Source: a virus. Taken from it: a DNA stretch of 64,000 nucleotides. Each line of letters starts with the position of its first letter. The first letter of the stretch is position 1. The notes below the pieces were generated by a model that was not told where the DNA came from, ran no database searches, and saw nothing but the letters and a program-made list of their open reading frames with translations. The stretch spans positions 1 to 64,000 of IMG/VR virus record IMGVR_UViG_3300005095_000015; one strand, 5' to 3'. Position numbers and translations under genes: made by a program. Below, one piece after another: positions 18,812 to 29,673 of the stretch.

Positions 18812-20722
18812 ATGGTTTACTTCTTCTATAACCAACAACCGCCTTCAACGATGTTTGATCTTAACCATGGGTACAATCTACTGCTAGCGCCGTTGACTCT
18901 GGACGCAATGAAAGAATGGTTATCAAAGTACAAGAGAAAAGTAAAGTTTATAACATTGCCTGATTATTTGGAACAATCAAAGCGTTTCTATTTTTGTGTT
19001 ATGAGCGAGTTTCCTTCGTATATTTATACTAGGTTGCCGAAGGGTATATCCTTGAAAACGGACGATGTCATAATTTATACGATAGGTGTTAAGGATAGTT
19101 ATTTGTTTCCTGAAAAATTGTTTGCTTCTCTACTTGATGGTAAATTTAGAATCAATTTGTTGAAAGTCAAAGAAGTATACGAAAGGTTTTGAGGAGGTAT
19201 GGTAATGGGTTTTACTGGATGTATTGGTGAGTTGTGGAAAGAAGTAAAAGAGAAGTATAGAAATGAGTACCTTAGAAGGCTAGCAATTCTTTACCACATT
19301 AGGGAACTTTATGTTAAGGAGGAAGCAGCCCTTGCAAAGGATTCCTGTGCTTTTAAAGAAGATGCTTGGTTGAAAGAGTTAGCAGACCTTTACATCCTGC
19401 TGGAAATGTATAAGGAGCTTGATGAGGATTTTGCAAGGAAGGTTAAACTCAGAAGAATGCGCTTTATTGAGAAGCTTCAGCAGGAAAAGAAAACATCTAT
19501 CATTATAGACGAAGATGATGGGTATCAGGATTAAGAGGAAGACATGCTAGCGCAGCGTTACAAGATGGTAGTGGTGAAGAAAAGGTAGTTGAGTGTAAAT
19601 CTGAGGAGGGAGCCATGAGTGAAAAGAAATCTTGTATTCAGTTAGATGTGCCTAAAGAGGTTGTTGTTAGTAACTGTACATTTAAGCAAGGAGTATTTTG
19701 GGAGAAAGAAGCTGTTGAAGCGGTAACTCTTGTAGCAAAAGCCTTGCTGAATCTCACTGAGCTCTTCAAAATGCAGAGTAGTACCTTTGGTCCTGCAATT
19801 GAGATAAAGATGGGACAAGGTTTGGACAGCGAAGATCAGGAAACCCAGGAAGAGAAGGAGGCAGAAGATGCCGAGAAAACCAAATGACAAGTTACTCCCT
19901 TATTCAGCTTACAGTAGAGAGCTTGGATCGTCTGAAGGAGCTGTTTTGGTATTTGCAAGGAACAGTAGAGAGGCTAAAAAGGTTGTTGCGCGGAACTGTT
20001 TGGGCTGGCTTGTTGGTGATTATACCGATATTGCTGTCAGGAGATTAAGAGAGTACGAAGATTATCTTTACACCTTAGCCGATCAAGAGAAGCTTGCCAA
20101 GAATGAGCCTCATGTAATAGACAGTCCACCTTTTTGTAAGCTGTGCGAGAGGTGGGGTACTCCTTTGGACGAGGAAGGTATTTGTGAAGATTGTAGAGAG
20201 GACCTGGTTCATTTGTATTGGAACTGTTGGGGTGAGCATAAGAAGTTTCTCGGAGTCAGGAAGGTCGGCAAGGAGCATTACAAGGTCTTTCCTTTTAGTC
20301 TTAGCGATCCCTGTGCTCAGGATATTTTTAGTAGAGGTGTGTATGGTAATATGTCTTTTGCTGAACATATCGATGAGCATGGTGCTTTGGTAACCATAGA
20401 AGAGTTCAATAAATTCGCAAACAGACACTTTATCGGTTATGCGGGCTGGATCTATAAGGTAGAGCTTCAGCAAAAGTTCGAGTTCTACGAGCTAAAGGTT
20501 ACTTATTACGGTCATGGTTTTGGCCAGGCTAAGGTGTTTCGTTCAGTTGCACCTTTGAAGATCGGAGATCTGATTATACAACCAACTTTTGATGGGACTT
20601 ATGCAATTATCTCTAAGTCGACTCCTTTTAGTGCTAAGGTGACTTTGGCTGATCTGCAAGAAGCTGTTAGGAGACTTAAGCTTGCTTCTACAATGAAAAA
20701 AGAGGAGATTGAAAATGGGTAG
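18812..20722 (+). other. four hypothetical ORFs (18812-19192, 19199-19534, 19615-19887, 19868-20722)
   Basis: SD sites and tight packing; no recognisable function. Confidence 0.55.
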
Positions 20723-21101
20723 TTTGGATCGTTGGTTTAAAATAGCCATCGTCGGTTCAAGACTGTTCAATGATTGTCGCTATATTTACAAAGTACTCAC
20801 AGAAACAGTTTTACCCGAGTTACAGGTAGATTCTAAACAGGTTCTGATTGTTACAGGAGGAGCGAGAGGTGTAGATTCTTGTGCTGAGTATATCGCAAAA
20901 GAGGTTCTCAAGTGTCCCGTACTCGTATTTCCAGCAAACTGGTTCAAATACGGTAAGAAAGCTGGAATGATAAGAAATACTTATATAGCAGAGGTAGCGG
21001 ACATTGTTTTAGCTTTTCCTACCAAGGAGTCACGAGGCACTTGGGATACAGTAAACAAAGCAAAAAGACTTGGAAAGAAGGTTTTTATGTTTGAAGTTTA
21101 G
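20715..21101 (+). CDS. SLOG/YspA-like (DprA-related) nucleotide-binding protein
   Basis: IAIVGSR, IVTGGARGVD, AGMIRN, SRGTWDT. Confidence 0.8.
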   Translation: MGSLDRWFKIAIVGSRLFNDCRYIYKVLTETVLPELQVDSKQVLIVTGGARGVDSCAEYIAKEVLKCPVLVFPANWFKYGKKAGMIRNTYIAEVADIVLAFPTKESRGTWDTVNKAKRLGKKVFMFEV

Positions 21102-21119
21102 TTTTTAGGAGGCAAGCCT

Positions 21120-21188
21120 ATGAGAATTGCAGTTGTAGGTGTACATGATGTAGGTAAAACAACTGGGAGTGAATCGAGTCTTTTATAA
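21120..21188 (+). pseudogene. 22-codon remnant of a P-loop kinase gene
   Basis: SD AGGAGG, then MRIAVVGVHDVGKTT (Walker A) followed by an early stop. Confidence 0.6.
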
Positions 21189-21442
21189 GTTGGTGGAAGT
21201 AGTTCATCCTATTGCAGGACAGTTTGCGAGCGTAAGTAAAAGCTATTTGTTACTTGCTCGTTATCTTGATACAGGTTTTATTGTGGCTGAGGAACAGGTA
21301 GGTTACTTAGTGGAAGCGGTCAAGTCTTTGATTCAGGAGAAGGAACAAGAATTGTCAGATCTGAAAGGTTTGCTAAGTAAAGTCGAGACTTTCACTTACA
21401 GGTAAGGAGGAAAGCTATATTTATTTGGAGTACTGGAAGTAG

Positions 21443-21471
21443 TTTCATCTCTAAGGTGCAAAGGTTATAAT
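21443..21471 (+). promoter_or_regulatory. phage promoter, motif A copy 5
   Basis: TTTCATCTCTAAG-N10-TATAAT. Confidence 0.8.
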
Positions 21472-21704
21472 TTGTAATGAAGGTGGGTAATGACAAGGTT
21501 TGTAGGCAGAGCAGAGATTAAGTTGATTAATCGTCCAGCTAAGCTTGTGCCAATTCGTTTTATGGAGTTTGATAGGGGAGGAGAATTGAAGTACATTGTC
21601 GTGGAGTATCCATTGGATGAACAACATACCCAGCTATTGCAGTATGATTATGGTTCGGAAGCTTGGAACGAGGTTGTTAAAGGAATTGTTTTGAAGGAGG
21701 TTCT

Positions 21705-22469
21705 TTGATGGAAGAGAAAGAAGCTAAGATAAGATCACTGAGAGGTAAATATAAAGATGTTTTAAGCCCAACTATTGGTTTATCGGATCTGTTTGCAGAA
21801 GCAAGGAAAGGCACATCCTACAAGACGCATCGTTTGCTTCTTGAGCTTACTGCTCAGTTGTATAACCGAATGATTGAGCTCAAGCTTGACTATCCAAAGC
21901 TGGCAAAGCTTACAGACATTTCAGAGTCGAAGCTCTCTACAATCTTCTCCTGCGGACACGATGTAACTATAAGAGATCTTATTGCAGTGGCAGATGCGCT
22001 TGGTTATGATCTGTGTGTCAGCTTAATTGATCGTATGGAAGAGGATGACGAGGATGTTTATGGATCAGAAAAGAGCAAGAACAAGGTAAAGGAAGTAGCA
22101 GTTATCAGTCCTGATTTTAAAGAACGCTTGTCCAGACTAAGAAAGAGTTGTGAATCCTTTTTAGGTTGCCAGATGAACTGCCACGAGACATGGGTTATGC
22201 TCGGCGAGGTAAAGGGAGGCGAGGTTTTTGAGATTGTTGACTATTATGAAGCCCCTTGTGGTAACAAGATTCCTGTGGTCGATTGGGAAGGGTGGAAGTG
22301 TCCGGTTTGTAGGGCTTTGCTATGGACTGGCAGAAAAGAGAAGGTAGATGATGTTAATTGTTATTCAGAAGAGATTGTGCCAAGATGCCCGAGGTGCGGT
22401 TCTCCGATGGAAGAGTTGCCTAACGGAGAGTATTGTCCCAATTGTGGGTGGATTGATGTTGATGTTTAG
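21705..22469 (+). CDS. XRE-type HTH protein with C-terminal Zn ribbons
   Basis: LAKLTDISESKLSTIF...VTIRDLIAVADALG; CPVC, CPRC, CPNC. Confidence 0.65.
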   Translation: MMEEKEAKIRSLRGKYKDVLSPTIGLSDLFAEARKGTSYKTHRLLLELTAQLYNRMIELKLDYPKLAKLTDISESKLSTIFSCGHDVTIRDLIAVADALGYDLCVSLIDRMEEDDEDVYGSEKSKNKVKEVAVISPDFKERLSRLRKSCESFLGCQMNCHETWVMLGEVKGGEVFEIVDYYEAPCGNKIPVVDWEGWKCPVCRALLWTGRKEKVDDVNCYSEEIVPRCPRCGSPMEELPNGEYCPNCGWIDVDV

Positions 22470-22705
22470 GAGGAAAGAGACTTGAAGTCGATGAGCAAAG
22501 AGCCAAGGAATTGTCTCAAACAGAAACAGGCTATTATGTCTGGGCTTACTGGCCAAGTGAACAAAAGTTTAAAGCAACAGACATTATACACCTGAAAAAG
22601 GAAAGCTTAGAGCAGTGGCTTAGTAAGTATGACAAAGAGAACCTAATCCGTATTATTCTGGGTCTGTTAGGTTATCCTAATGGGGCTTGTTGAGGGCAGA
22701 TAGAG

Positions 22706-24613
22706 ATGGATCTTACAAAAACCTATATCAAAATGAGCAAAAAGGCTAAGGAGATTCAAGAGAGATGGATTCCTATGGTAGGTGACTTTATTTGGCTTGG
22801 AGCTAATTACATAATGGATGAAGCGGCTTGTAGGATTATCACAAGTCACGAAAATGCATTGAAGCTTCGCTTGCGTCCTAATAGAAGTGAGGTTTGGCTT
22901 CCGAAGCAAGATCAACTACAGGCTATGGTTGTGAATCCGAAGCTTGGTATAGCTGAACTTCTCTCTATTGCTTTGATGATGAACGAAAATCCAGATTATT
23001 GGTACTCTTTTGACTCCTTCGAACAACTTTGGCTTGCTATAGTAATGTATAAGAAGTATGGTAAGGTTTGGGACAATGAGAAGGAAGAATGGGTAGGGGG
23101 GTAAGTTATGAAAGAATGGCAAAGAGTTAAAGAAAAAGTAGAGCACATTGGAGACTGGGATGATATTGAATATGCAATGAGCTCAGCAGGTTTGATAGAC
23201 GCAAGCGAAAGGGTCACTGAAAGGCAAGTAAGGCAAGCAGGTTTATTGCGTGTATACGGAAATGATCCAGAAAGAGACTGCAGGGTAGCTTATAAGCACA
23301 TAGGTGAAAGTTTGTCGGATAACGCATTTGTAGGTGCTATTGAGGTTAAGGATGGTAAAGAGTGGTTGGTTGTTTATAAGAAGTATTCAGATAGTTTTGG
23401 CGAGGTAAAGATAACTTGGGATAAGATAGAAGAGATTTACTCTTTAGTAAACAAGAGGGAAAACAATGTTTGAGCAAAAGTTAACCTTTATAATAAAGGA
23501 TAAAGAGTTTAGAGACAAGTTCGAACCTATCATTTTCTATGAAGAACCTTTAATGTTTGTGAATTCTACTGGCGAGGTTTTGTTGTATTTTTATGACAGT
23601 CATATAATGCACCTCATAGTTACAGAGTGGGTAGTTATTTATAATTCTAAACTTATTTTACGATACATACAAAACAGAATTTCTTTAAGAAAGTTACTTC
23701 TTTCAAAACATAGTAGGGTTTTCTATGCTGAAAGTGTTGATGAAGAAAATTTCTTTGTAGAGAGGAAGATTGGTAAAGATGAACTGCAAAACAGTTTTGT
23801 TTTGCCTAAAGAAGATAGTTATTTAAGAAATCTTTATATGTTTAAAAATAAGTCGCAAAAGTTTATTCGAGCTAAACGATTTCGTAGAAAAAGATTAAAA
23901 TGTTTTGACAGGATTCAAGATATACTGTCTTACAAAGTAGGATAAGATTAGTATTAAGTATAATATCATTACTTTGTTGGTAAAAGGAGGGATAAGCTAT
24001 GCACTTAACTTCTTGGCAAGTGTACCTTTGGCTGAAGCTGGATAATTTGAATTTGCTGTTCGGCTTCGCAGCGTGCTTTTGCTTTCTTTATGCCCTTGCA
24101 GTGCTCTTGTTAGCCTCTGGAACAGCTGATCATTGGGAGGAGTTTCTTGATCTGGCAAGAAAGTTGAGGTTCAAACTAGCAGTTCTCTTTTCAGTACTAT
24201 TCTTTGTACTATACATATTCTTACCATCTACTAAGCAGTTTGCTCTTATCTATATCTTACCGAAAGTAGCTAATAGCAAAACAGTACATGCACTTCTAAC
24301 TGAAGGTGATGATACAGGTAAGCTGTTGATTCAGTATGCTAAGCAAGAGCTTGAGAAGGAATTGAGAGAGACTTTGGGTGCAAACAATTACAAAAAGGAG
24401 TAAGTTATGTGTCGTGTGTATGTAACTCCTCAGTATGTTATAGTAGATGATAAGTGGCTGAATCAGTATAGGAAAGAGATTGAACTTTTTGGTATGCCAG
24501 AGTGTGTGGTGTGTGGGAAACCTTTAAGGAAAGGCAGTTTAGTAGATCATTTTTATCCTTTCTACAATGACTTTAACTATCACAAAAGGTGCTTGAAGAG
24601 GGTAAAAGGATAG
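22706..24613 (+). other. accessory ORFs 22706-23104, 23108-23473, 23466-23945 (AT-rich, DUF6575-like FYEEPL), 23999-24403 (membrane), 24407-24613
   Basis: ORF track and SD sites. Confidence 0.5.
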
Positions 24614-24711
24614 ATAGTATCCTTTATCTTTTTGAGATTATCAGCATCATCAAATCATCTACCCCATTTTACCATCAACTATTCCGCTCTTTTCAAACCA
24701 TCACTTCACTT

Positions 24712-24728
24712 CCGCTTTTCTTAGTGAA
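24712..24728 (+). promoter_or_regulatory. late-region motif B copy 1
   Basis: CCGCTTTTCTTAGTGAA, 35 nt upstream of the terS start. Confidence 0.6.
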
Positions 24729-24763
24729 AATGCAAAGTAATCACTGTCACTATGGGGTAGTTC

Positions 24764-25279
24764 ATGGCAAAAAGACTCAGGCGCAGGAAGAAAGCAAAGA
24801 AACAACTGCCGACAACCAAAGCAGCTGAGGTTGAAGTAGTTGAAGCTAAGCCAAGAAAGGCACCAACTACCCAAGACCTCATCAATGCTCTTACCAGTGG
24901 TGTGATGGCGCTTGAGGCTACTCTCTTTACCCAAGCCTCAGCGGAGTGTAACAGGTTACAAAAGCTTTCCTCAGCGCTTACGACTTTGGAGAGACAGTTA
25001 TTTGATCCTGAAGTACTAGAAACTTTAGACCTAAAGGAAAAACTTACCTTATATAGAGAGGCAAGAAAGTCGCAGGAAACGATTCTTTCTTTTCTACAAC
25101 ATTTACACTCTATGTCACTTGGCACTAAGGATGTGCTTGCGTTTGTGGATCAGCTTGAGAAGGAGAGAAGCAAAGCTGAAGAGGGTGGTAAACAAGAAGA
25201 AACAAATCAGCAAAAGCTACAGCAGTTCAAACAGCTTGTAGCTGAAGTTCTTTTAAAGAAGAGACTATCCAGTAGTTAG
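24764..25279 (+). CDS. putative terminase small subunit
   Basis: Helical 171-aa ORF abutting the terminase large subunit gene. Confidence 0.6.
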   Translation: MAKRLRRRKKAKKQLPTTKAAEVEVVEAKPRKAPTTQDLINALTSGVMALEATLFTQASAECNRLQKLSSALTTLERQLFDPEVLETLDLKEKLTLYREARKSQETILSFLQHLHSMSLGTKDVLAFVDQLEKERSKAEEGGKQEETNQQKLQQFKQLVAEVLLKKRLSSS

Positions 25280-27103
25280 ATGATGATGATGCTCAACGGT
25301 GTTGATCTTGATTGGAAGCAGGTAAAGGAGCTTTTAGAGAATCTTTCACCTGAAGAGCTTGAAGAGCTTCTTTTTGAGCTTGATGACTACGAAGAAAAAC
25401 CAGTAGATATAGAAACTTTTGTTACTCACCCTGACTTTCTTGGTAACTATTTTGAGGGTGGGTTCAGGAAGTTCTGGCTTGAAAGACTAAAAGAAATCTA
25501 TCCTACACCTTATCACAGCCCTTACTGGCTTGTGATCTTAAGAGGAGCAATTGGGCTTGGTAAAACTACCTTGGCATGTACAGGTATTGCCTATGACATT
25601 TATAGACTTCTTTGCATGAGAAGTCCTCAAAAGGCGTTGGGTGTTATTGAGTCGACAAAAATTGTTTTTGCTATAATGAACATGACGCTTGGCTTAGCTA
25701 CTGATGTTGTTTGGGATAAGTTATCAAGAATGTTTGGTACTTCACCTTGGTTTACATCCCAAATGGCTAAAATGCCAAGAATCAATAAAGAATCTTTATT
25801 TCCAAAAAGGATTGACATATTTGTAGGTTCAAGAATAGGACATACTTTAGGTAAGGATGTAATTGGTGCTATCATAGATGAGGCGAATTTTGAGGTGTTG
25901 AAAGGACAGGTTCAAGAGACTTTTACTTCACTGCTTAGAAGAATTCAGTCCAGATTCATGCAAGCTGGAGGGGTTATACCAGGGCGTATTTGGATTGTGA
26001 GTTCTGAAAGTGAGAAAGGTGCAGCATTAAACAAGTTGGCTGATCAATATAGGAAGAAGAGAGGTGTTTGTGAGATAAAAGCTGCACTTTGGGAAGTCAT
26101 ACCTGAGCGTTACAGTGGTAGGTTTTTTAAAGTATTTGTAGGGAGTGAGACAAGACCTCCTGAAGTTATTACAGAGCAGAATCAGAAGTTGATTGAGCTT
26201 GAACCAGATAGGATCATCGATGTGCCGATTGAACATTGGGATGATTTCACAACTGATATTCACGCTGCATTGAGAGATCTTGCCGGCTATTCTACCAGCT
26301 CCTCTTACAAGCTGTTTAGGCTTAGGCACAAAGTAGTAGAAGCTCTATCGGTAACTAATATCTTTCCTGATGAGATAAGCCTTGATTTTGATGATGAAGA
26401 GGATCAGATTCAGAACTACTTGCTTTACCCAGACTACTTCCGTAATCCACTGGAAAAGAACATACCGCGCTGCATACACATTGACATAGGTTTAAGTGGA
26501 GACAGACTTGGTATTGCAGCAAGTTTTGTTTCAGGGTTTAAGGAGAGGGTGGTAAGAGATCCTCATACCTTTGAGGAGTCAGTTGAGGTAGTGCCCATAG
26601 TAGTGACTGAGTGGTGTTTGGGTATCAAAGCTAAGCCGGGGCAGCAAATCCCACTTTACAAGATAAGGCAGTTCCTCAACTGGCTCTCTATGCTTGGCTA
26701 TCCGATTGATACTGTTACCTGCGACGGGTTCCAGAGTGCTGACATGTTACAATGGGTAAAGAAAGCAGGTTTTACCGCTGATCTTTACTCAGTGGACAGA
26801 ACAAGTCTGCCTTATCTGCAGTTCAGATCAGCGATATATGAAGGTTTACAGGTTATGCCAAGGAATGAGATTTTGAAGAAGGAGTTACTTGGGCTTGAAC
26901 TTAGTCCTGATGGTAAGAAGGTAGATCATCCTGATAAGTTTAGTGATGGTGAGAAGGGAAGTAAAGACATTGCTGACGCAGTGTGTGGGAGCAGTTGTGT
27001 AGTGAGAGAAAGAGCTGATAACTATAAGATGTTGTTTGTCAGAACCTACGAAGAGTCAATGAGCAGTGAACTTAAAGAAATGTTCTGGGGAGAGTATCAA
27101 TAA
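25280..27103 (+). CDS. terL: terminase large subunit
   Basis: Walker A GAIGLGKT, Walker B IIDE, nuclease motifs HIDIG, DGFQS, KVDHP...SKDIADA. Confidence 0.9.
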   Translation: MMMMLNGVDLDWKQVKELLENLSPEELEELLFELDDYEEKPVDIETFVTHPDFLGNYFEGGFRKFWLERLKEIYPTPYHSPYWLVILRGAIGLGKTTLACTGIAYDIYRLLCMRSPQKALGVIESTKIVFAIMNMTLGLATDVVWDKLSRMFGTSPWFTSQMAKMPRINKESLFPKRIDIFVGSRIGHTLGKDVIGAIIDEANFEVLKGQVQETFTSLLRRIQSRFMQAGGVIPGRIWIVSSESEKGAALNKLADQYRKKRGVCEIKAALWEVIPERYSGRFFKVFVGSETRPPEVITEQNQKLIELEPDRIIDVPIEHWDDFTTDIHAALRDLAGYSTSSSYKLFRLRHKVVEALSVTNIFPDEISLDFDDEEDQIQNYLLYPDYFRNPLEKNIPRCIHIDIGLSGDRLGIAASFVSGFKERVVRDPHTFEESVEVVPIVVTEWCLGIKAKPGQQIPLYKIRQFLNWLSMLGYPIDTVTCDGFQSADMLQWVKKAGFTADLYSVDRTSLPYLQFRSAIYEGLQVMPRNEILKKELLGLELSPDGKKVDHPDKFSDGEKGSKDIADAVCGSSCVVRERADNYKMLFVRTYEESMSSELKEMFWGEYQ

Positions 27104-27120
27104 CTGGAGGTTGGTTAGCG

Positions 27121-27375
27121 ATGTACTCAAGAGAAGTTGTGGACACGATTACTGGTATAGAAGAAACCGTGATTACTTGTCCTTATTGTGAGATGGAATT
27201 TGTAGTAAAGCTGCTTACACGCACATCGGAAGACGATCCTGATATATTTGACGCACTTGAGATATTAGGAATTTCCTATGATTCGGATAGAGAGTATGGT
27301 GTTTTCTTTTACAAGCAAGTTCCTGAGTTCTGTCCTTACTGCGGTGAAAGGTTAGAGTGGGAGAATGATGAATGA
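27121..27375 (+). CDS. Zn-ribbon protein
   Basis: CPYC...CPYC. Confidence 0.6.
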   Translation: MYSREVVDTITGIEETVITCPYCEMEFVVKLLTRTSEDDPDIFDALEILGISYDSDREYGVFFYKQVPEFCPYCGERLEWENDE

Positions 27376-27875
27376 CTAAAGCTAAGATGCTTTTGATGAT
27401 AGTTGAAAGCTTAGAGTGGATCTACAATCCAGAAGAAGTTAGCAGCAGAATGCACCGTAAGTATGTATCTAAAGACTACATGTTTAGAGGTGTTGGTAAG
27501 ATAGGAGAGGTTGTACATGTGTTGAAAGGTGGGAAGACTGGTGGGTTTTGGTCAAACATTTTAGAAGAGTCTTACATCTCATCTGCTCTGTTTATAGCAC
27601 CTAACTTAAGTCCGGTAAGCAAACCTCTTCCAGAGATACTAGCAAGTTTAAAACTGCCTTTGAGTAAGTTAAAGGCTATTTACCTTGCTCCTAGTGTGAT
27701 TGACTTTATCTCGCTTGTGAGAATTTATCCTTTACCTACTAAAGAAGAATTTGCCAGTTTTTATTTCAACAAAAGCATAGCCTCACAGTATTATAACGAG
27801 GTGTATTCAAAGGTGGAGAAAGTGTTAGGCTTGTCGCTTGATTTTCTTAAGAAACTAAGCAGAGGTAAACTATGA
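27372..27875 (+). CDS. putative internal head protein (leader family)
   Basis: MTKAKMLLMIVES leader. Confidence 0.45.
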   Translation: MTKAKMLLMIVESLEWIYNPEEVSSRMHRKYVSKDYMFRGVGKIGEVVHVLKGGKTGGFWSNILEESYISSALFIAPNLSPVSKPLPEILASLKLPLSKLKAIYLAPSVIDFISLVRIYPLPTKEEFASFYFNKSIASQYYNEVYSKVEKVLGLSLDFLKKLSRGKL

Positions 27876-29320
27876 AAGCTAAGCAGATTTCGTTAAATGA
27901 GTCTTTTGCTATTCAACAGCAGCTTGCCAAGGAATACTCAGACAGAGTCAAAGAGGCAAAATCAGCACTGGAAGACTATCAACTTAGGCTTGCTCTCATC
28001 TCTGCACTTACCCGTGTAGCCAAGAAAAGAGCTGAGATAGTAAAGCAGGTTGATGAGGTTAAAGACTTTTATCTCGTAGATGCTATACTTCAGCAGTACA
28101 TCGAGGATGCACTCGCTCCTGACATCTCTACAGGAGACATACTCAGTGCTTATTCTAACAAATCATTAGTTGATAAGGAGATAAAAGAGCTCGATGATAA
28201 GTTTAAGTTTGATACTCTGATTCAAGACATAGCTTACGACTTACTTGCTTACGGTGAGTATACTTTGAAGACCGAAGTAGCGAAAGGTAAAGGTATAGTC
28301 GATATAAGAGACGATGTAGATCAGGCCTCAGTCTTTGCCATATCACGCAGAGGTGAAATAGAGAAGTATCTTGTCCGTGAGATTGATCCTCAAAAAGGCG
28401 AAACAGTCAGGCTTGTTGAACCTTGGCAGTATGTAAAGTTCATCTTAGCTGGACGCAAGGTCAGGCTTGATCTACAGGCTGAGCTAGGTGCTCGTTACAA
28501 ACAGCTTAAAGATAAAATACCTCGTTTCATTAGAGTAGGCCGCAGTTTAATTTACTCTATTATTCCCAAGGTGAGAGAGCTTCAGGTACTAGAAACTCTT
28601 GTTCCTGCCTCAAAGCTTAACAAATTAACTCAAGGCTCTGTTATCGGCGTAGCTGTCCCTACCAACATGCGCCCCGAAGATGCGTTCAAAGTAGCAAAGA
28701 GAGTTGAAGAGTTACTTAACAAGCGTATAGGAGTGAATCCTGATACAAACACCCTGGCAGTTGAAAAAGCAATCGCTGCTGCGGGTAGGTTGAGAGTAGT
28801 TCCTATCTTCGGGGATAAGGGACAGCTGCAGAAGTTTGATTACAAGATGGATGAGCCAGATGAGTTGATGTCTTCTATTGAGGATTTAAGGAGAACAATT
28901 TGCAGTGCCATAGGGGTGCCTTATGAGATTTTGTTTGGAGGAGACGGTCCTAAGAGTGACATATTGAAGAGGTATGCAAGGTATTTGAGAAGACTTAGAG
29001 CTATTCAGCGTGCGATAGCTGATGGAGTAAGACAGATTATTTACATACACCTTATCAACAAAGGAGTTAGTTTTACTCCAGCTGATGTACAGGTTGAGTT
29101 CAGGAATAAGCTTATTGAAATTGACAACCTTGATACCCTTGAGTTTTTAGACTCAAGCATCCAAATGCTTACAAATGTAAGAGACTTCGTACTTGACTTG
29201 GCTGGTGACGGTAGTCCATTTGCTGATAAGGTGGACTTAGAAAAGTTTGCTGAGTTCTTAAATAAGCAGTTTAGTGTGATTGGGTTGAATGGAGTAATAA
29301 AAGTTGGGGAGGAGCAGTGA
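27872..29320 (+). CDS. portal protein
   Basis: 482 aa downstream of terL; LLAYGE, GRSLI, AIGVPYEIL portal-type motifs. Confidence 0.8.
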   Translation: MKAKQISLNESFAIQQQLAKEYSDRVKEAKSALEDYQLRLALISALTRVAKKRAEIVKQVDEVKDFYLVDAILQQYIEDALAPDISTGDILSAYSNKSLVDKEIKELDDKFKFDTLIQDIAYDLLAYGEYTLKTEVAKGKGIVDIRDDVDQASVFAISRRGEIEKYLVREIDPQKGETVRLVEPWQYVKFILAGRKVRLDLQAELGARYKQLKDKIPRFIRVGRSLIYSIIPKVRELQVLETLVPASKLNKLTQGSVIGVAVPTNMRPEDAFKVAKRVEELLNKRIGVNPDTNTLAVEKAIAAAGRLRVVPIFGDKGQLQKFDYKMDEPDELMSSIEDLRRTICSAIGVPYEILFGGDGPKSDILKRYARYLRRLRAIQRAIADGVRQIIYIHLINKGVSFTPADVQVEFRNKLIEIDNLDTLEFLDSSIQMLTNVRDFVLDLAGDGSPFADKVDLEKFAEFLNKQFSVIGLNGVIKVGEEQ

Positions 29321-29660
29321 TGAGTAAAGCATCTATGTTACTTGAGCAGTTTGACGCTGTCTTGGAGGAGAAAGGTATAACAATGCCCCTAAAGGACTGT
29401 TAAAGAAAGCCTTCTACAAAGATTTATGCCTGATTTGTTTCAAAGTTGTTAGAGGTAAGAAAAGTGCACATTTACTTGAGCATTGGGTAGATGCTGGGTG
29501 TGCATATGGAGACAAAGCAGACAAGTGTACAGTAGAAGATTTGCGTAACTGGTATCTTAAGAACAAAGTTAACTTCCCAGCTGATAAAAAGCGAATCAAA
29601 GCAATCGTCGATGATTTGAAAAAGAAAGGTGTAGATATTAAATTACCTAAAGACTTTTAA
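29320..29660 (+). pseudogene. leader-family protein split by a -1 frameshift near 29365-29400 (not in ORF track)
   Basis: MSKASMLLEQFDAVLEE... stops at 29403; the -1 frame (ERYNNAPKGLLKK...LPKDF) is open to 29660. Confidence 0.6.
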
Positions 29661-29673
29661 CGGAGGAGTAGTG

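Noticed and set aside
3780-21471. Motif A repeats as a CRISPR array or attachment sites
   Set aside because: Copies are kilobases apart and each is tied to a -10 box; no cas or integrase genes
24589-24828. 79-aa + strand ORF across the early/late boundary
   Set aside because: Atypical composition, no SD, and it overlaps terS; more likely non-coding
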